Shown here in pieces: positions 1-12,618 of a stretch of DNA of 64,000 nucleotides. Both the position numbers and the translations under genes were made by a program. The stretch comes from Chiloscyllium plagiosum (Eukaryota), in the NCBI RefSeq assembly GCF_004010195.1, contig NC_057718.1, forward strand, positions 45,806,322 through 45,870,321. The letters are read 5' to 3'. Every line of letters begins with the position of its first letter. The stretch's first letter is position 1. The notes under the pieces are model-generated. The model did not search any database, was not told the origin of the DNA, and saw only the letters and a list, made by a program, of their open reading frames with translations.

Positions 1-245
1 TTTGAGGCCCACTTCATTATCTAAACTCAAAAATCAAGGCTGATGTTAAGTTGCTGTGCTGTCTTTCAGATGAAGTGTTTAACCAAGAGACGATGTAAAA
101 GATCTCTTGGTCCTCTTTTGAAGAAGATTAGTCAAGTTTTCCATAGTGTCCTAGCCAATGTTAATTCCTCAATCGATATCACAAAATTATCTGGTCATTA
201 TCACATTGCTTTTCATGGGACTTTGCAGTGTATATGTTCATTGTG
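1..245 (+). mobile_element. Deu-domain SINE (SacSINE1/AmnSINE-like), partial
   Basis: Deu-domain-like motifs gctgtctttcagatga...ttttgaagaaga...attatctggtcattatcacattgct, recognised from memory of the family. Confidence 0.75.
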
Positions 246-596
246 AAAAATGGAACATAAAACAATTTTTTGACTTTTTTTTCCTTTTCAATCAAATTCC
301 TCAATCATCTTAAATGCCTTGATGACATAATAAACTTTATGTCTATATGAAGGATCCATAAAGCAAATACATATATTTGCGAAAATGTTCATATTTTAAC
401 TAGCTTCAGTGTAGGATTAAAGTCCTGTTAGATAATACTTAATCATTTTGTCGTTACATAGCATTTGCTGATTGTACATTACTAACACACATGAGTTTGA
501 ATAGAATTGTTTTTAAGGAATGTATTCACTGAGTGGAATCCTAGCTAAACTTTTTGAATACCATTACATTTCTGAAAAACCTTTTTAAAAAATGGG

Positions 597-942
597 TTTA
601 TGTAGCATTTTTCATGATGATCAGACATCTTGAAATACTTTACAGCAATCAAATACATTTGAAGTGTAGTCATTACTATAATGTAGAAAATATGGAAACC
701 AATTTGCACACTAAAAACTCCTACAAACAGCAATGTGATAATGACCAGATAATCTGTTACCTGTGATTTTGATTGAGCAATTAACATTGCCTGAAATCTA
801 CAGAAAACTTGAGTAATCTTCTTCAAAAGAGGGCCAAGCGACTTATTTTGCAACATAGGGTCTTGGTTAAACGCTTCATCTGAAAGACAGCACAACACAT
901 CCTCAGTTCTTCATATAAGAATCAGCCTTGAACTTTGTGTAC
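597..942 (-). mobile_element. Deu-domain SINE, inverted relative to the copy at 1-245
   Basis: Reverse complement contains the same Deu motifs plus the 3' tail (gactacacttcaaa...gctgtaaag...tgaaaaatgctacataaa). Its 5' end is interrupted by the Penelope-derived element at about 944. Confidence 0.8.
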
Positions 943-943
943 A

Positions 944-1459
944 AAGTTAAAAATCACACAACACCAGGTTATAGTCCAATAGGCTTATTTGGAAGCACTA
1001 GCTTTTTGAGTGCTGCTCCTTCGTTGGGTGGTTGTGGAGTATAAGAACGTAAGACACAGAATTTATAGCACAAGTTGACAGTGTGACATAATTGAAATTA
1101 TACATTGAAAAAGACCTGGATTGTTTGTGAAGTTTCTCATCTTTTAGAATGGGCATGTTGGTTTCAGTTCTTTCATATGCAAATCCCAGAATTTTCTTAA
1201 AGTAACATTCTCAAGTGAACTTTAACATTTAAGAATGTAACAAACAATATAGGCTTTTTTCAATACAAAATTTCAGTTACATCACACTGTAAACTTTTGC
1301 TATAAATTCTATGTCTTACGTTCTTATACTCCACAACCACCCGATGAAGGAGCAGTGCTGCGAAAGCTAATGCTTCCAAATAAACCTGTTGGACTATAAT
1401 CTGGTGTTGTGTGATTTCTAAATTTCTCCACCCCAGTCCAACACTGGCACCTCCAAATC
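944..1459. mobile_element. Palindromic Penelope-derived terminal-repeat element (family A)
   Basis: Arms at about 944-1115 and 1250-1425 are reverse complements. The sequence matches the terminal part of the GIY-YIG-bearing element at 53443-54652. Degenerate hammerhead core cac-ccgatga-aggagcagtgctgc-gaaa-gcta at 1338-1370. Confidence 0.8.
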
Positions 1460-3355
1460 TTGATTTTTGTACTTATACTCTGTGCCTCAATAATTAGATT
1501 TTAAAAAGAATTGCTTTCAATCAATCCAATGTAAATGTAAATAAGTGTTGAATCACACAAGTAATGAAATGATTTGACTTGAAGGATGCAATCACTTGAT
1601 TTTCTTTTAGCCATTATTGCAGTTGATTGGAATACCTAATGAAATATAGTTGGCATTAGCACAGTTGCTTTATTAATCCACCTTGAAATAATGGGCAAGG
1701 CTGCTCAATATCTTAATTATGTAAACTTAAGTAATTATATACTACTCTTGCTTGGAAGGTGCAAGCTCAGTTCTTAATGTTGTACAACACCATCAAAATT
1801 TTTATCGGCAGAGAAGAATGTGGCCTTTCGAAATTGAATGTGATCGAGAGGGTAATAGAAATAAAATGCTCAAGTGGATTCTTCTTTTCATCCAAGTCGA
1901 GTAGTATATTTTGAGTTGGTAGATTGCGAAAGACTAACTTTGAGGGTTTCGATGTCAAATCTTGGTTATTGTGGCAGAGTACCAAGTGTTGTGGAGCAGA
2001 CAAATGCGGGAATCGAATCCAGTTACGGCATACTGGTTACGGTATCAGCACGCACAGATAGAAATAGAAAAGATAAGTTAAACTTTCATTTGTCTCACTA
2101 ATTCGATTATTAGAGTAAGGGGTTATTCATTTTCTCCTTTGCTAGATTCATTTCCATTTAATCCAGCTTCATTCTTCAAACTCTTATTGTCCTATTTATA
2201 ACTACCTTAAAATTTAAAAAAAAACTTTAATTTGCAAGGTCTTTCTGATTGCTCCGTTCTGGCCATGTTTTCTTGTTTCTAACTTTCCGACATGAATTTT
2301 CCTATTCGGTTATTAATTGCCAAAATAAATACAATGTTGATTAGAAGGCGATCGCAACAGTTTCCAAGATGGAAGTAAATAACAATTCTCCCTGTGGTCA
2401 CTCCGGACTGTAGTGATTATTTTCTATTCATTTTTAGCGCTAGACTCTTTCCAAAACAGGTGTCTCCATTCTTGGCACTTATTTTTGAAACGCGGCGAGT
2501 AGTCTTGCATCAACCCCAGAGGCGCAATTCTGAGTAAATGGAAAAACACACCAAAACATTAAAGGAACAATTGCTTAGAAAAGGAAAACTCTGATGAGGT
2601 GTAGAGGAAACCTGTTTATTAACATTGGACACCCCTTATCACTGACTGCACACAGGACGTTCCAGATGGATCGCCCGTACAATAATTCATATTTTTGTAA
2701 CAGTATTGTGCAGTGCCACCCGTTGATGTGGATTTCAGATTATTAACAGCACGATCCTGAGGTTACAGATTACGTTTGTTGTTTGCCCGCACTGTAATCT
2801 GACAGGGAACGCTACTTTATTTGAAACTCCAGAGGGAGTTGGGAAACACGTGCTGCTTTTGGCAGGAGTTCGTTATCAAAACATTCAGGATTCTGACGTT
2901 CTGCAGCTTCAAGATCAGGCGACCTTTTGAGCCGAAGCGCGGATCGGGATAAAATGTGTACGTATTTTTTTCTTAAACGGTCAATTAATCTTTCTTCCGC
3001 AGTTTGCGATTTCAGCAAATGTGAAAGCCACCAATTATTTATTCATGAATTCTGTGCCCTACTTGAATGCAGCTGCAGGTTTTATTTCCCCCACATTGAT
3101 ATTCCAGAGTTCATAATTTTTTTCTGAAATGTTTGAAGGCTTTGTAAAAGATTTTTAAAAATGTACTTTAAACGTCTTGCCCAATATGACGACGTTAATT
3201 GGCATGTATTATTAATTAATTTAGCATTTAATCGAATTATATTTTATTGCAATCTATAAAATATCCTTAATGGAAGGGGTTGATGCAGTACTTATCCAGG
3301 ACTTGACCATTAACAACCTTTACAACTCACCTTTTTAAGTGTTAATTACCCTACG

Positions 3356-3540
3356 AAAGCAAAATACTGCTGGTGCTAGAAATCTGAAATAAAAGCAGAA
3401 AATGTTGGAAATAATCAGCAGATTAGGCAGCATCTGTGGAAGGCTAATGTTTCGAGTCGATAATAACCTTTTCCTTGATGTTACTTCAGTCCAATCTCTA
3501 TTGCAGTCCTGAAGAAAAGGCTTGCACTGAGATGCTACTT
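3356..3540. mobile_element. Penelope-derived short element (family C), degenerate
   Basis: aaatactgctggtgctagaaatctgaaataaaagcagaaaatgttggaa...ggcagcatctgtgg resembles 19886, 46718 and 62376. Eroded ctgaaga core near 3509. Confidence 0.6.
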
Positions 3541-3549
3541 TTCATGGAA

Positions 3550-3875
3550 ACCAATAAGTACTTTTTGACGTATATTCACTGTTTTGATGTAGGCGGCAGG
3601 GCAGCTAGTTTATATACAGCCATCAGGAATGTAATAATGATCACAAAATCAATTTGTTTTTTAAATGCTGATTTAAGACAAATATTGGCCTCAATAACAT
3701 CTCTGCTCTTAAAAATGGGAATATTTTACATTCCTTGCCAGCACCAACAGTACTTCTCCATCTCATTTGAAATATGCATCTTCAAATATGTAGACCTACC
3801 CCAGTACTGTACTGTCAAATCTTAATTTTTGTGTTCATGTTTCAGAGTGGGGCTTGAACTCACAATTTTAGTATT
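3550..3875 (-). mobile_element. Deu-domain SINE, old
   Basis: Degenerate Deu body and a tRNA-like B box (gagttcaagccc on the minus strand) at about 3850-3862. Confidence 0.55.
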
Positions 3876-3953
3876 GCTGAAAAAAGATATGTTGTTGAAG
3901 CTTTTTGTTTTGCACTCATCTGGACATACACAGGAATTCCAGATTTCAAATAA

Positions 3954-5380
3954 GGTCATAGAGTCACACAGCATTGAAACAGACCCTTCGGTCCAACCAG
4001 TCCATGCCAACCATAATCCCAAACTAAATTAGTTTCATCTGCCTACGCTTAGCCCATATCCCTCCAAACATTTCTTATTCATGCTCTTATCCAAATGTCT
4101 TTTAAACATTGTAACTGTCCCCACATCCACCACTTCTTTGGGAAGTTCATTTTCCACACAAGCCACTTGCAGTGTAATAAGTTTGCTCCTCATGTCTTTT
4201 TTAAAGCTTTCTCCACTCACCTTAAAAATATGCCCTCTACTATTGAAATCCCTCACCCCAGGGAAAAGATGCTTGCCATTTACTTCATCGATACCCCTCA
4301 TAATTTTATAAAGCTCTATACGGTCACCACTTTACCTCCTATACTCCAATGAAAAACTTCCCAGCCTATCCAGCCTCTCCTCATTACTCAAATCCTGCTT
4401 TCCCTGCAACATCCTGGTAAATTTCCTCTAAACCCTCTGCAGCTGAATAATATCCTTCCTAGAACAGAGCGAGCAGAACTGGACACAATACTTCAGAAGA
4501 TGCCTCACCAATGCCCTGTACAACCTCAACTCCTATACTCAAAAATCTGAGCAACGAAGGCAAGCATGCTAAATGCCTTCTTGACCATCCTATCGATATG
4601 TGATGCAGACTTCAAAGAATTATGTGCCTGAACCCCAGTTCACCCTGTTATACAGTACTATTCAAGGCTCTATTTATAATTGTATAAGTCTTGCCTATGT
4701 TTGTTTTACCAAATGCAATACCTTGCATTTATCCAGATTAAACTCTATCAACCACTCTTCAGCCCATTGACCTAATTGATCAAGATGTCTTTGTAATCTT
4801 AGATAACTTTCTGCATGGTCCACTATATCGCTAATCGTACTATCATCTGCAAAATTACAAACCATGCTTTTTATATTCACATCTTAATCATTTACTTAAA
4901 CGACAATCAAAAGTGGACTCAGCACCGATCTCTTTGGAACACCATTGGTCACAGGCCACCAGTCCAAAAAACAACCCTCCACTATCACCTTCTGTCTTCT
5001 ATCGTAAAGTCAATTTTGTATCCAATTGGCAAGTTCGCCCTGAATCCTACATGATCTGACTTTACTAATTAGTCTACTACGTGGAATCTTGTCAAAGGCT
5101 TCACTAAGGTCCAAGTAAATAATGTCTACTGTTTGGCACACTCTTTGTATTTACTTGCTCAAAAAATTGAGTCAAGTTTGTGAGACATGATTTCCCTTGC
5201 ACAAAACCATGCTGATCACCTAATCATTCCTTGCCTCTCCAAATGCTTATAAATCCTATCTTTCAGAATTAGTTCCAACAACTTACCCACCACTGATGTC
5301 AGAGTCACAGGCTTCTCCTTACATTCCTTCTTAAACGAAGGCACAACATTAGCCACTTTCCAGTCATTCAGCACCTCACC
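3954..5380 (-). mobile_element. CR1 (HER1-like) LINE, 5'-truncated ORF2 and 3' end
   Basis: Minus-strand frames FADDSTI...LQRHLDQLGQWAEEWLIEFNLDKCKVLH and MRGIDEVNGKHLFP...FKRHLDK; tail gactctatgac. Confidence 0.92.
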
Positions 5381-6241
5381 AATTTATATAGCATGAGAGA
5401 TAGTGTATTGTTTGGGGTTGACAAGTGGATTCTGATTGGTTGGGGCATTGTCATGGAGAAAGCAACAAGAAATAGTTAGGAAAAAGTCTTAGTTGCAATG
5501 CAAGAAAGGCAAGTCAACCCTCATTGGTTGAAACATGATATGGGAAATATACGAGGGAATCAATATCTTTAGATTTTTGTTTAAGTGAACAGGTGCAATG
5601 CCTAGACAATATATTTTCGCCGGTATAGGGTTGGACCCTGTGAATGAATAGATAAAACTCACGAGAACTGTAAGTGAGCCAAACTGCAAGCCTGACTGAT
5701 GATCTTAAATTGGCTGCTAGTGCAATTTTTTGGCACGTGGGACTGTTCAGTAAGTGCTACTGAATTATGGAATCATACCCAGTGTTGGTCCCTTAGTCTC
5801 GATCTTGCAAGCATGGGCTGGTTGAGTATGATTAGTATCCTGCCTGTAACGAACAACTAAAGGAACATGCTGCTTGATATAATCTACCTGTTGTGTGTTT
5901 ATACAGCCTACATGTCTGGCATCATATCAGGACTGAAATTCATTTTCTACATTACTAATTTATGTCGTAAGCAGACCATCGTTTTGGTTTGACTGCAGCA
6001 CCCTGTATCCTAAAATGCTTCTCCTTGCCTTAAAAAAAAGTGATGGAATAAAATTTGGTTCGGCCATTAGCTACCAAACCAAATTATTGACCAAAAATAG
6101 TGAACAATAGTAATGACGTATTGTAGATTTACAATAATTATTGGAATTATGTACCTGACTATTCCAACTCAGATGGTGAAAGGTTCTAACAATGGTGTTA
6201 AACGTCAATGTGACCTGGAAAGTTGAAAAGCTGATGTTTAT

Positions 6242-7702
6242 TGAAATAACTCCACAAAGTGTCCTGTCTCCAAATCACCTTTATTTACACATGGAAAGTC
6301 CTTGACATTGGTCCAGCTCTCTCAGAACCAGCTCTCTGACACTCCTATTTATATCTGTCAGCAATGGCTCCCTGATTGGACCAGATTAACAGCCCCAATC
6401 AGGGAACACACTCTTCAAGGTCCACCTGGCTGACCTCATTACAGTCATTACATCCCTTCCCAGCTGAGTCTGAGGACATAGGCTGGTTCCTTTTTCTGTA
6501 GCATTTTAGCTCCGGGTCAGGTTCCTCCACCTCTGCCTCTGTTACAGGCAGCATGTAATACACAGTAGCTTGCATCTTTTGCCTCGAGCATCTTGGAAGA
6601 AATTCATTCTCCTCTTCGGGCGGTAAAGGCATTGAGGCAGATACGTACACCATGTCCATCTTTAGATTCCGAGGCATCTTCAATGCTTGATGGAGAGGGA
6701 GAACACATGGTTTCAGTATAATCGGAAAGGCAGTCAAGGTTTTGCTCCCACACCATTTGCAATTTGCGGCCTTCATATGGTCTTCGTGCTTGTACAGGGC
6801 AGTCGCATCTACCTGAAGTTTATACATCACTGTACCTGATCTTGCATCCACCGTGCCTCTTATCCATGCAAGGCCATTCTCTTGGTTTCTACACCAAACT
6901 TCAACCCCTTAACTAACTGTCCTTGTCACTTAGCGGAGCATTCTGTTCAGAAATGGCATTCCTGATGTCATTTCATGCTCCACCCCAGGTCTGGGAAGTT
7001 TAGATTTAACCTGGTGTGGAGTCTTCTCCCCATTAGCAACACTGTTGGAGATGTCCCTGAAGTTGTGTAAGGGGTGATTCTATAATCAAATAGGAAGTGG
7101 GACTGTTTGGTATCTGGTGCCTCAGGGAAAATTGAGCTCCTAATAACTGAAAAAGCTGTGGGTCCACAAACTTTCAGGAGAATTACTCATTGCTTTCCAT
7201 CTGCCCCAATGTCATTTGCCCTGAAAAAAATAGTGCATTCTTTCCACATACTTGGCCCAGTCTTCAACAGCTGAAAATGTGTTGCTGGAAAAGCACAGCA
7301 GGTCAGGCAGCATCCAGGGAACAGGAGAATCGACGTTTCGGGCATAAGCCCTTCTCCCCAGTCTTCAACAGCAGGTTTAAACAGGTTGAGCTTTCCAAAT
7401 CATGGTATGATGCCAGAAATGTTTGCCCCAACTTAAAAATGACTGTTCTTCAGGAGTGAGCACTTCTCTCGTTGCCAATGAAATAACTTCACAGAGGCCA
7501 GTATCCTGTCATAAAGTCACTATTTATTTACACATGGAGAGGCTTTGACACTGATCCAGTTTTCTCAGGGTGAGTAGAACCTCTGACACTCCTGTTTATA
7601 TCTGTCATTCAGGGCTGTCTGATTGGACTAGGTTAGCAGCCCCAATCAAGAAACTCAAATTCTCTGAGGTCCACCTGGCTGACCTCATCACAAATCACTA
7701 CA
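6242..7702 (-). mobile_element. Gypsy LTR retrotransposon, internally deleted (LTR-PBS-gag N-terminus fused to integrase C-terminus-PPT-LTR)
   Basis: Two similar TG...CA repeats at 6242-6452 and 7479-7702. PBS-like ttggcaacgag next to 7479 and a polypurine tract at 6453-6461, both on the minus strand. Gag-like FGKLNLFKPAVEDWAKYVERMHYFF; integrase-like FLFDYRITPYTTSGTSPTVLLMGRRLHTRLNL and WIRGTVDARSGTVMYKLQV. Confidence 0.88.
7272..7356 (-). mobile_element. Penelope-derived short insertion (family B) inside Gypsy gag
   Basis: Flanked by a perfect 16-bp duplication cccagtcttcaacagc (7256-7271, 7357-7372). Nearly identical to 37216-37300; truncated within the hammerhead core. Confidence 0.85.
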
Positions 7703-8656
7703 TACACCATGAGCTTCAGGACTCTGAGTACTGAGGCAGAAAAGTGAATCTCCAACCCGCAGACAGTGAAACCTGCTTGGCAATTTAATTTCAGGTAGCC
7801 CTCAAATTAGCTATCTCTCGTCCTGCTATTCATGTGGGCTCCTGATAATCCTGGCTCAATGTCATTCACACCATTGGGAAGTTCAGGCACTGCTGAGACA
7901 ATTTAGAGACCTCAGGATGCTGCAAAATGTAAATGCCTTCAGGCAGGAGAATAGAAAAAATATTACAGAGCCAAGGGTGATAGACGTCACAGACCAGAGG
8001 GCATACCCGTCCAGGGGATGGGGCTTCAGGAACTGCCTTTCCTTTCCCACAGCTCCCTTTGTGGGGCATGAAACTTCAGACTCCAGTATCTCAGATAGGC
8101 TATGTCCGGAAAGTTACTGGCAACCTCTTGTGGTGACGAGCCTGCACTGCCATCAGCAAAATGCTGACAGACACTTAAATTGGCCCTTAATTTGTCCTTT
8201 AATTATGTAAATTTACTGTCCTCTTCCTTGGAGCAGCAGCTGATTGAACTTGCAGTCCACCAATGGGAAATGTATCCAGTAACAGGACTATATTGCGGAC
8301 CTGTTCTGATGTCGTTCTCTACTACTTTATTGGCCCCCTCCTCTGATACTGCCGTACAAGGACCAGTCAAATTCTGCTCAAACTTCTTCAAAGCTACATG
8401 TTGCTCTCTGAAGACCCGCTTTGAAGAATTCTTGGGTTCAGGTGGATGACTAAATCAGAACATGATATATGGAAGTTTATTTTAAAATTTGACAATGGAA
8501 ATTTAAATTTGTACACCATAAGGTCAAATAGCATTCTAATTCCAACATAACATGAAACAACAACTCACATTTAAATGGTACTGCCTTTAATGAAGAAAAA
8601 AGGTCGTAAAACACCTTAAAGATGAACAAGATAAAAATTAGACCTAAAGAAAAATA

Positions 8657-9031
8657 CAGTAGCACCTCGATTTATGAACTTAATCCGTTCCGGGACCCAG
8701 TTCGCGAACCGAAAAGTTCGTGAACTGAATCAATTTTTCCCATTGTTCGGATAGAGTAAGAATGCTTGGACGTAGCAATGAACGCTGTTTACAGCGCACG
8801 CGCCAAAGATGAACTGAATGAGATCACGCAGGGCCTGAGAGCTTTTGCGTTCAACAAGCGTGTAGCAAAGCAGAACAATAAAACCACGTGGTCGCACACG
8901 GGCTTTTTGCGTTCGTACCTTTGTTCGTATCTTGAATTTCGTACGTACGTTGAAGCAAAATTTTATGTACAATCCTGTTCGTAAACCGATTTGTTCGTGA
9001 ACGGGGTCGTTCGTATGTCGAGGCGCTACTG
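8657..9031. mobile_element. Tigger/pogo-like (Tc1-mariner superfamily) non-autonomous DNA transposon
   Basis: TIRs cagtagcacctcga / tcgaggcgctactg, TA on both sides (8655-56, 9032-33), internal ttcgtga/ttcgta repeats, no ORF. Confidence 0.88.
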
Positions 9032-9599
9032 TATAGGAAATGTGACCAAATGCTTATTCAAAGGTTGGTTTTAAGGATGGACTTAAAATTGATTAAGGCA
9101 GATGAAAAGGGATGGGGGGAGATGCAGGTTGAGGGTGGGTGCAGTTAGTTAAGAGGTTGCAGCATCCTCACCCACGTAGGAGTGATCACTGTTAATAAAT
9201 GAAGGCAAGAAGAAATGTATAAAAACATTCACAGCATCAAATGGGCTCAGACATGTGTGAAGGAGGATGTTATTATGAAGGTGGGCAGTGGGTAATCTTT
9301 GATTTATAAATGTTTAAAATGAATTGTCCAGCTTTTGCTAATTGTTTAGCAGGCAGATAAAGCTCTTCAAGAAATTTTAAAAAGTGACTGGGACAAGAAA
9401 CTAGGGAACATAAAAAGCAACCTGAATTTTACAACTATGCACCACTCGAGTGCATGTCTTTCATGGTATTTTATGTTTCCAAGAAAAAAAACACCCTAAA
9501 ATTGAAATGGAATAGATAACACAACAAGTGAGATAAAGGCGAGTTTGAACTTATGTAGCCTCATATTGTTTCCATCACAAAGAGTACCTACTTTCAGCT

Positions 9600-9710
9600 T
9601 CATAATATCATCCATCACTGCTCCTGCCTCAGTCCACCTGCTGCTGGAAATTATCATCCATGCTTTTGTTATCTCCAGATCTGATTATTACATTTTTGTC
9701 CTGGCTGGCA
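9600..9710 (+). mobile_element. L2 LINE ORF2 fragment
   Basis: Translates LEIIIHAFVISRSDY, matching the L2 motif ETLIHAFVTSRLDY. Confidence 0.6.
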
Positions 9711-9859
9711 CGGCAGTTTTGGAAGCATATATTAATTATTTTATTTCAATTTACGATGAAGTTTCAGTTTTACAAAGTGAGTATTATTTCCAATGAATCA
9801 AAAGAATGTAGGAGATTATTATTTGTGGTGTAGCCACATTTACTTCCTGCATAGTTGTC

Positions 9860-10540
9860 CTGAGAATATTAGGATGAGCTGATACCTCCATGACAATTTT
9901 AAAGAGGAATTTCTAGTATATTTACCAAGTGATGAAGAAACCATGTATACACAAGTCAGGATGGTGTACAATATATAATGTATCTATTGTTCTTTACCTT
10001 CCCTGTGGTAGAAGTTGCATTAGCCTGCTGTTGAAATAATCTTGGTGAGTTTCTGCATGCATTCTGCTGATTGCACATGCTGCAGCCACAAAATGCTTGG
10101 GTTTAAAAGGTAAATATTGAGTTCAATGGCAATTGGGCTAATCAAATAGAGTGCTTTGGACTGATTTTTGAGGTTTGCTACAATTGCACCCATCAAAGTA
10201 ATTCAATAGGCTTCAAGAGTGTGGAAGAATATTCCCTCTTTTTAACTGTTGCAGGTGACGTTATATTTCTGGTTGGTTCGGTATTGATTTCTAGAATGGT
10301 GCTTTTGGGGGACTTATTGGCATTGGAAAATGCCTTACTTTCCTCTTGATGAGTATTTGGCACAAATTAGCATGACTGTTTTTGTCATCTATCAATCCAG
10401 ATTTATACAGATTCTTTTGTAAATTGCCATGAGCTGCTCCTTTGCTGGAAAAATTGTGAATGTTAATTATGGAATTATGGGTGAGCAGCTCCAATGTAGA
10501 CCTCATGATAGTTTTTCATGAAATAGCTGAGAATGTTGTT
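9860..10540 (-). mobile_element. Degenerate copy of the second LINE family (3' portion)
   Basis: Patchy similarity to 15330-16880 and to the reverse complement of 28500-29100. Confidence 0.5.
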
Positions 10541-10719
10541 TCAAGATTGCTTCACTGAAACACTCATAGAATCACAGAGTCCTTACATGTATGGGTCCAT
10601 ACTGACCCTCCACAGAGCATCCCATTTTTCGATCTAACGTTAAACCGGCTGAAATCAGCTAGATTCTAGTGAGCATAAAAGGACCAATGATATCATTTAA
10701 AAATGAACAAGAAATTGTT

Positions 10720-11670
10720 TTTCATTTATTTAAATGATTTGGATGAGAATACAGTAGGCATGAATAGTAAGTTTGGTGGCAGTGTAGACAGTAAAGAAGG
10801 TTTTCTAAGATTACAAAGGGATTTTGATCAAATGAGTCAGTGGGCTGAAAAATGGCAAATTGAGTTCAATCCGGATAAATGAGGTGTTGCATTTTGGTAC
10901 AACAAACAGGGGTAGAGCTTATACAATTAGTGGTAGGGCATTAGGCAGTGTTTTAGAACAGAGGGACCCGGGATGCAGGTACATAATTCTTTGGAGTTTT
11001 CATCACATATACTGGTTAAAAAGGTGTTTGGTATGCTTGTCTTCATTGTTCAGTACTTTGAGTGTAGGAGTTGGGAAGTCTTATTGAGGTTGTACAGGAC
11101 ATTGGTGAGGCCTCTTCTGCAATGCTGTGACCACATCTGGTCACCTAGTTATAGGAAGGATATAATCAAGCTGGAGAAGGTTTAGAAGAGATTACCAGGA
11201 TGTTGCGGGTGTGGAAGGTTTGAGTTATAAAGAAAGGCAGGACAGACTGGAACTTTTTTCACTAGAGGTAGGAGATTGAGAAACGATCTGATAGAAGTTT
11301 ATAAAATAATGAGAGGTATAGATAGAGTAAATGGTAGTCATCTTTTCCCTAGGATGGGGGATTTCAAGAGTAGGGGACACATTTTTAAGGTGAGTGGAGT
11401 GAGATTTAAAAAAGACATAAGAGGCAATTTTTTGGACACAGAGGGTGGTTCACATGTGGAATGAACTTCCTGAGAAAATAGTGGATGTGGGTGCAATCAC
11501 AATGATTAAAAAACATTTGGATAAGTACATGAACAGGAAATGTTTGGAGGGATATGGGCCAAGAGCATGCAGGTGGGACTAGTTTAGTTTGGGATTATGT
11601 TCAGCATGGACGGTTGGACCAAAGGTGCTGTTTCCGTGGTGTATGACTCAGTGACTCTATAACTCTATGA
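10720..11670 (+). mobile_element. CR1 (HER1-like) LINE 3' part, inserted in a Deu SINE
   Basis: Frames LLRLYRTLVRPLLQCC...WSPSYRKDIIKLEKV and RNDLIEVYKIMRGIDRV; tail gactctataactctatga. Deu-like sequence on both sides (about 10630-10715 and 11670-11840). Confidence 0.92.
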
Positions 11671-12618
11671 CATGTTGGTTCAACTATTACCATCAGTGCA
11701 GATTAACAGATCAGTTATCACATTTATATTTGTGGGACTTCGTGCACAAATTGGCTGCTGCCAAAATAAATAATTGATTGTGTTCCACTTTGTGATGTTT
11801 GGAAGTTGTAAAAATGCCACAAAATATAAGACAATTCTTTATGTCTCCATGAGTCCTGTTAATGTCTCTACGTAGGCATAGAGTAGATAGTGAAAAGCTT
11901 ATTCTATTATTAAAAGAATGTGCTTTTTAAAGCATCATTGGTAATCGTTTGGAGGAAAGGGCCAATTTCTTACAGTATATCATGACAATTCCTGATAATC
12001 TAAAGCAGCAAGTTGATTTTTTTTGCACCTTGAAAGTGCAATAGATAAATACTTGGCTGGAGTAATGGGGGTAGCTCATCTATTGAAATTGTGCTGTCTA
12101 CTCCAAACAATAGTGGATTTTTTATTATCTAGACTAATCTGCTTTAAACACTAATGCTGTTTCATCTACATTATTCAGAAGTAATAAATACTAACAGTAT
12201 TTTTTCTTCATAAATTGAATCTACCATTCAGCCCTATTAAAGCTGTGATTAGATGGCATCAGTATGAATTTTGAATTTGCCTTCTCAGTGCTCAAGTATT
12301 GATTACTTGAAGCCCACTGTGGTAAACATTTGAACAAGAGGCGCTACAGTGCATTATATTTCTGAAAACCAAACAACGAGGGCATTAAAGCACTTCCAAG
12401 GCCATTTCTGTAACGGAATTCCATAAGGTAGCTTTATAGACCAAAAACAGCAGTTAGTGTACATTTTACTATAATCTTGGACCTAAGATTGAAACAAAAT
12501 GCAGTGTGGTGGTGAAATTTGGTAAAATCCCAGTGTTCTGATCCATGAAATGTTCAGGCCTTTATGTGCCTCACACACTTAATTCCTCATTTTTATTTTG
12601 CTGCTACAGAAAATGTAT

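Noticed and set aside
1995..2050. B-box-like ggattcgattccc on the minus strand
   Set aside because: No cloverleaf or clear A box; not a tRNA gene, at most a SINE relic.
2812..3018. 68-aa minus-strand ORF in the CpG-retaining region
   Set aside because: Non-ATG start, no recognisable domain and no convincing splice context.
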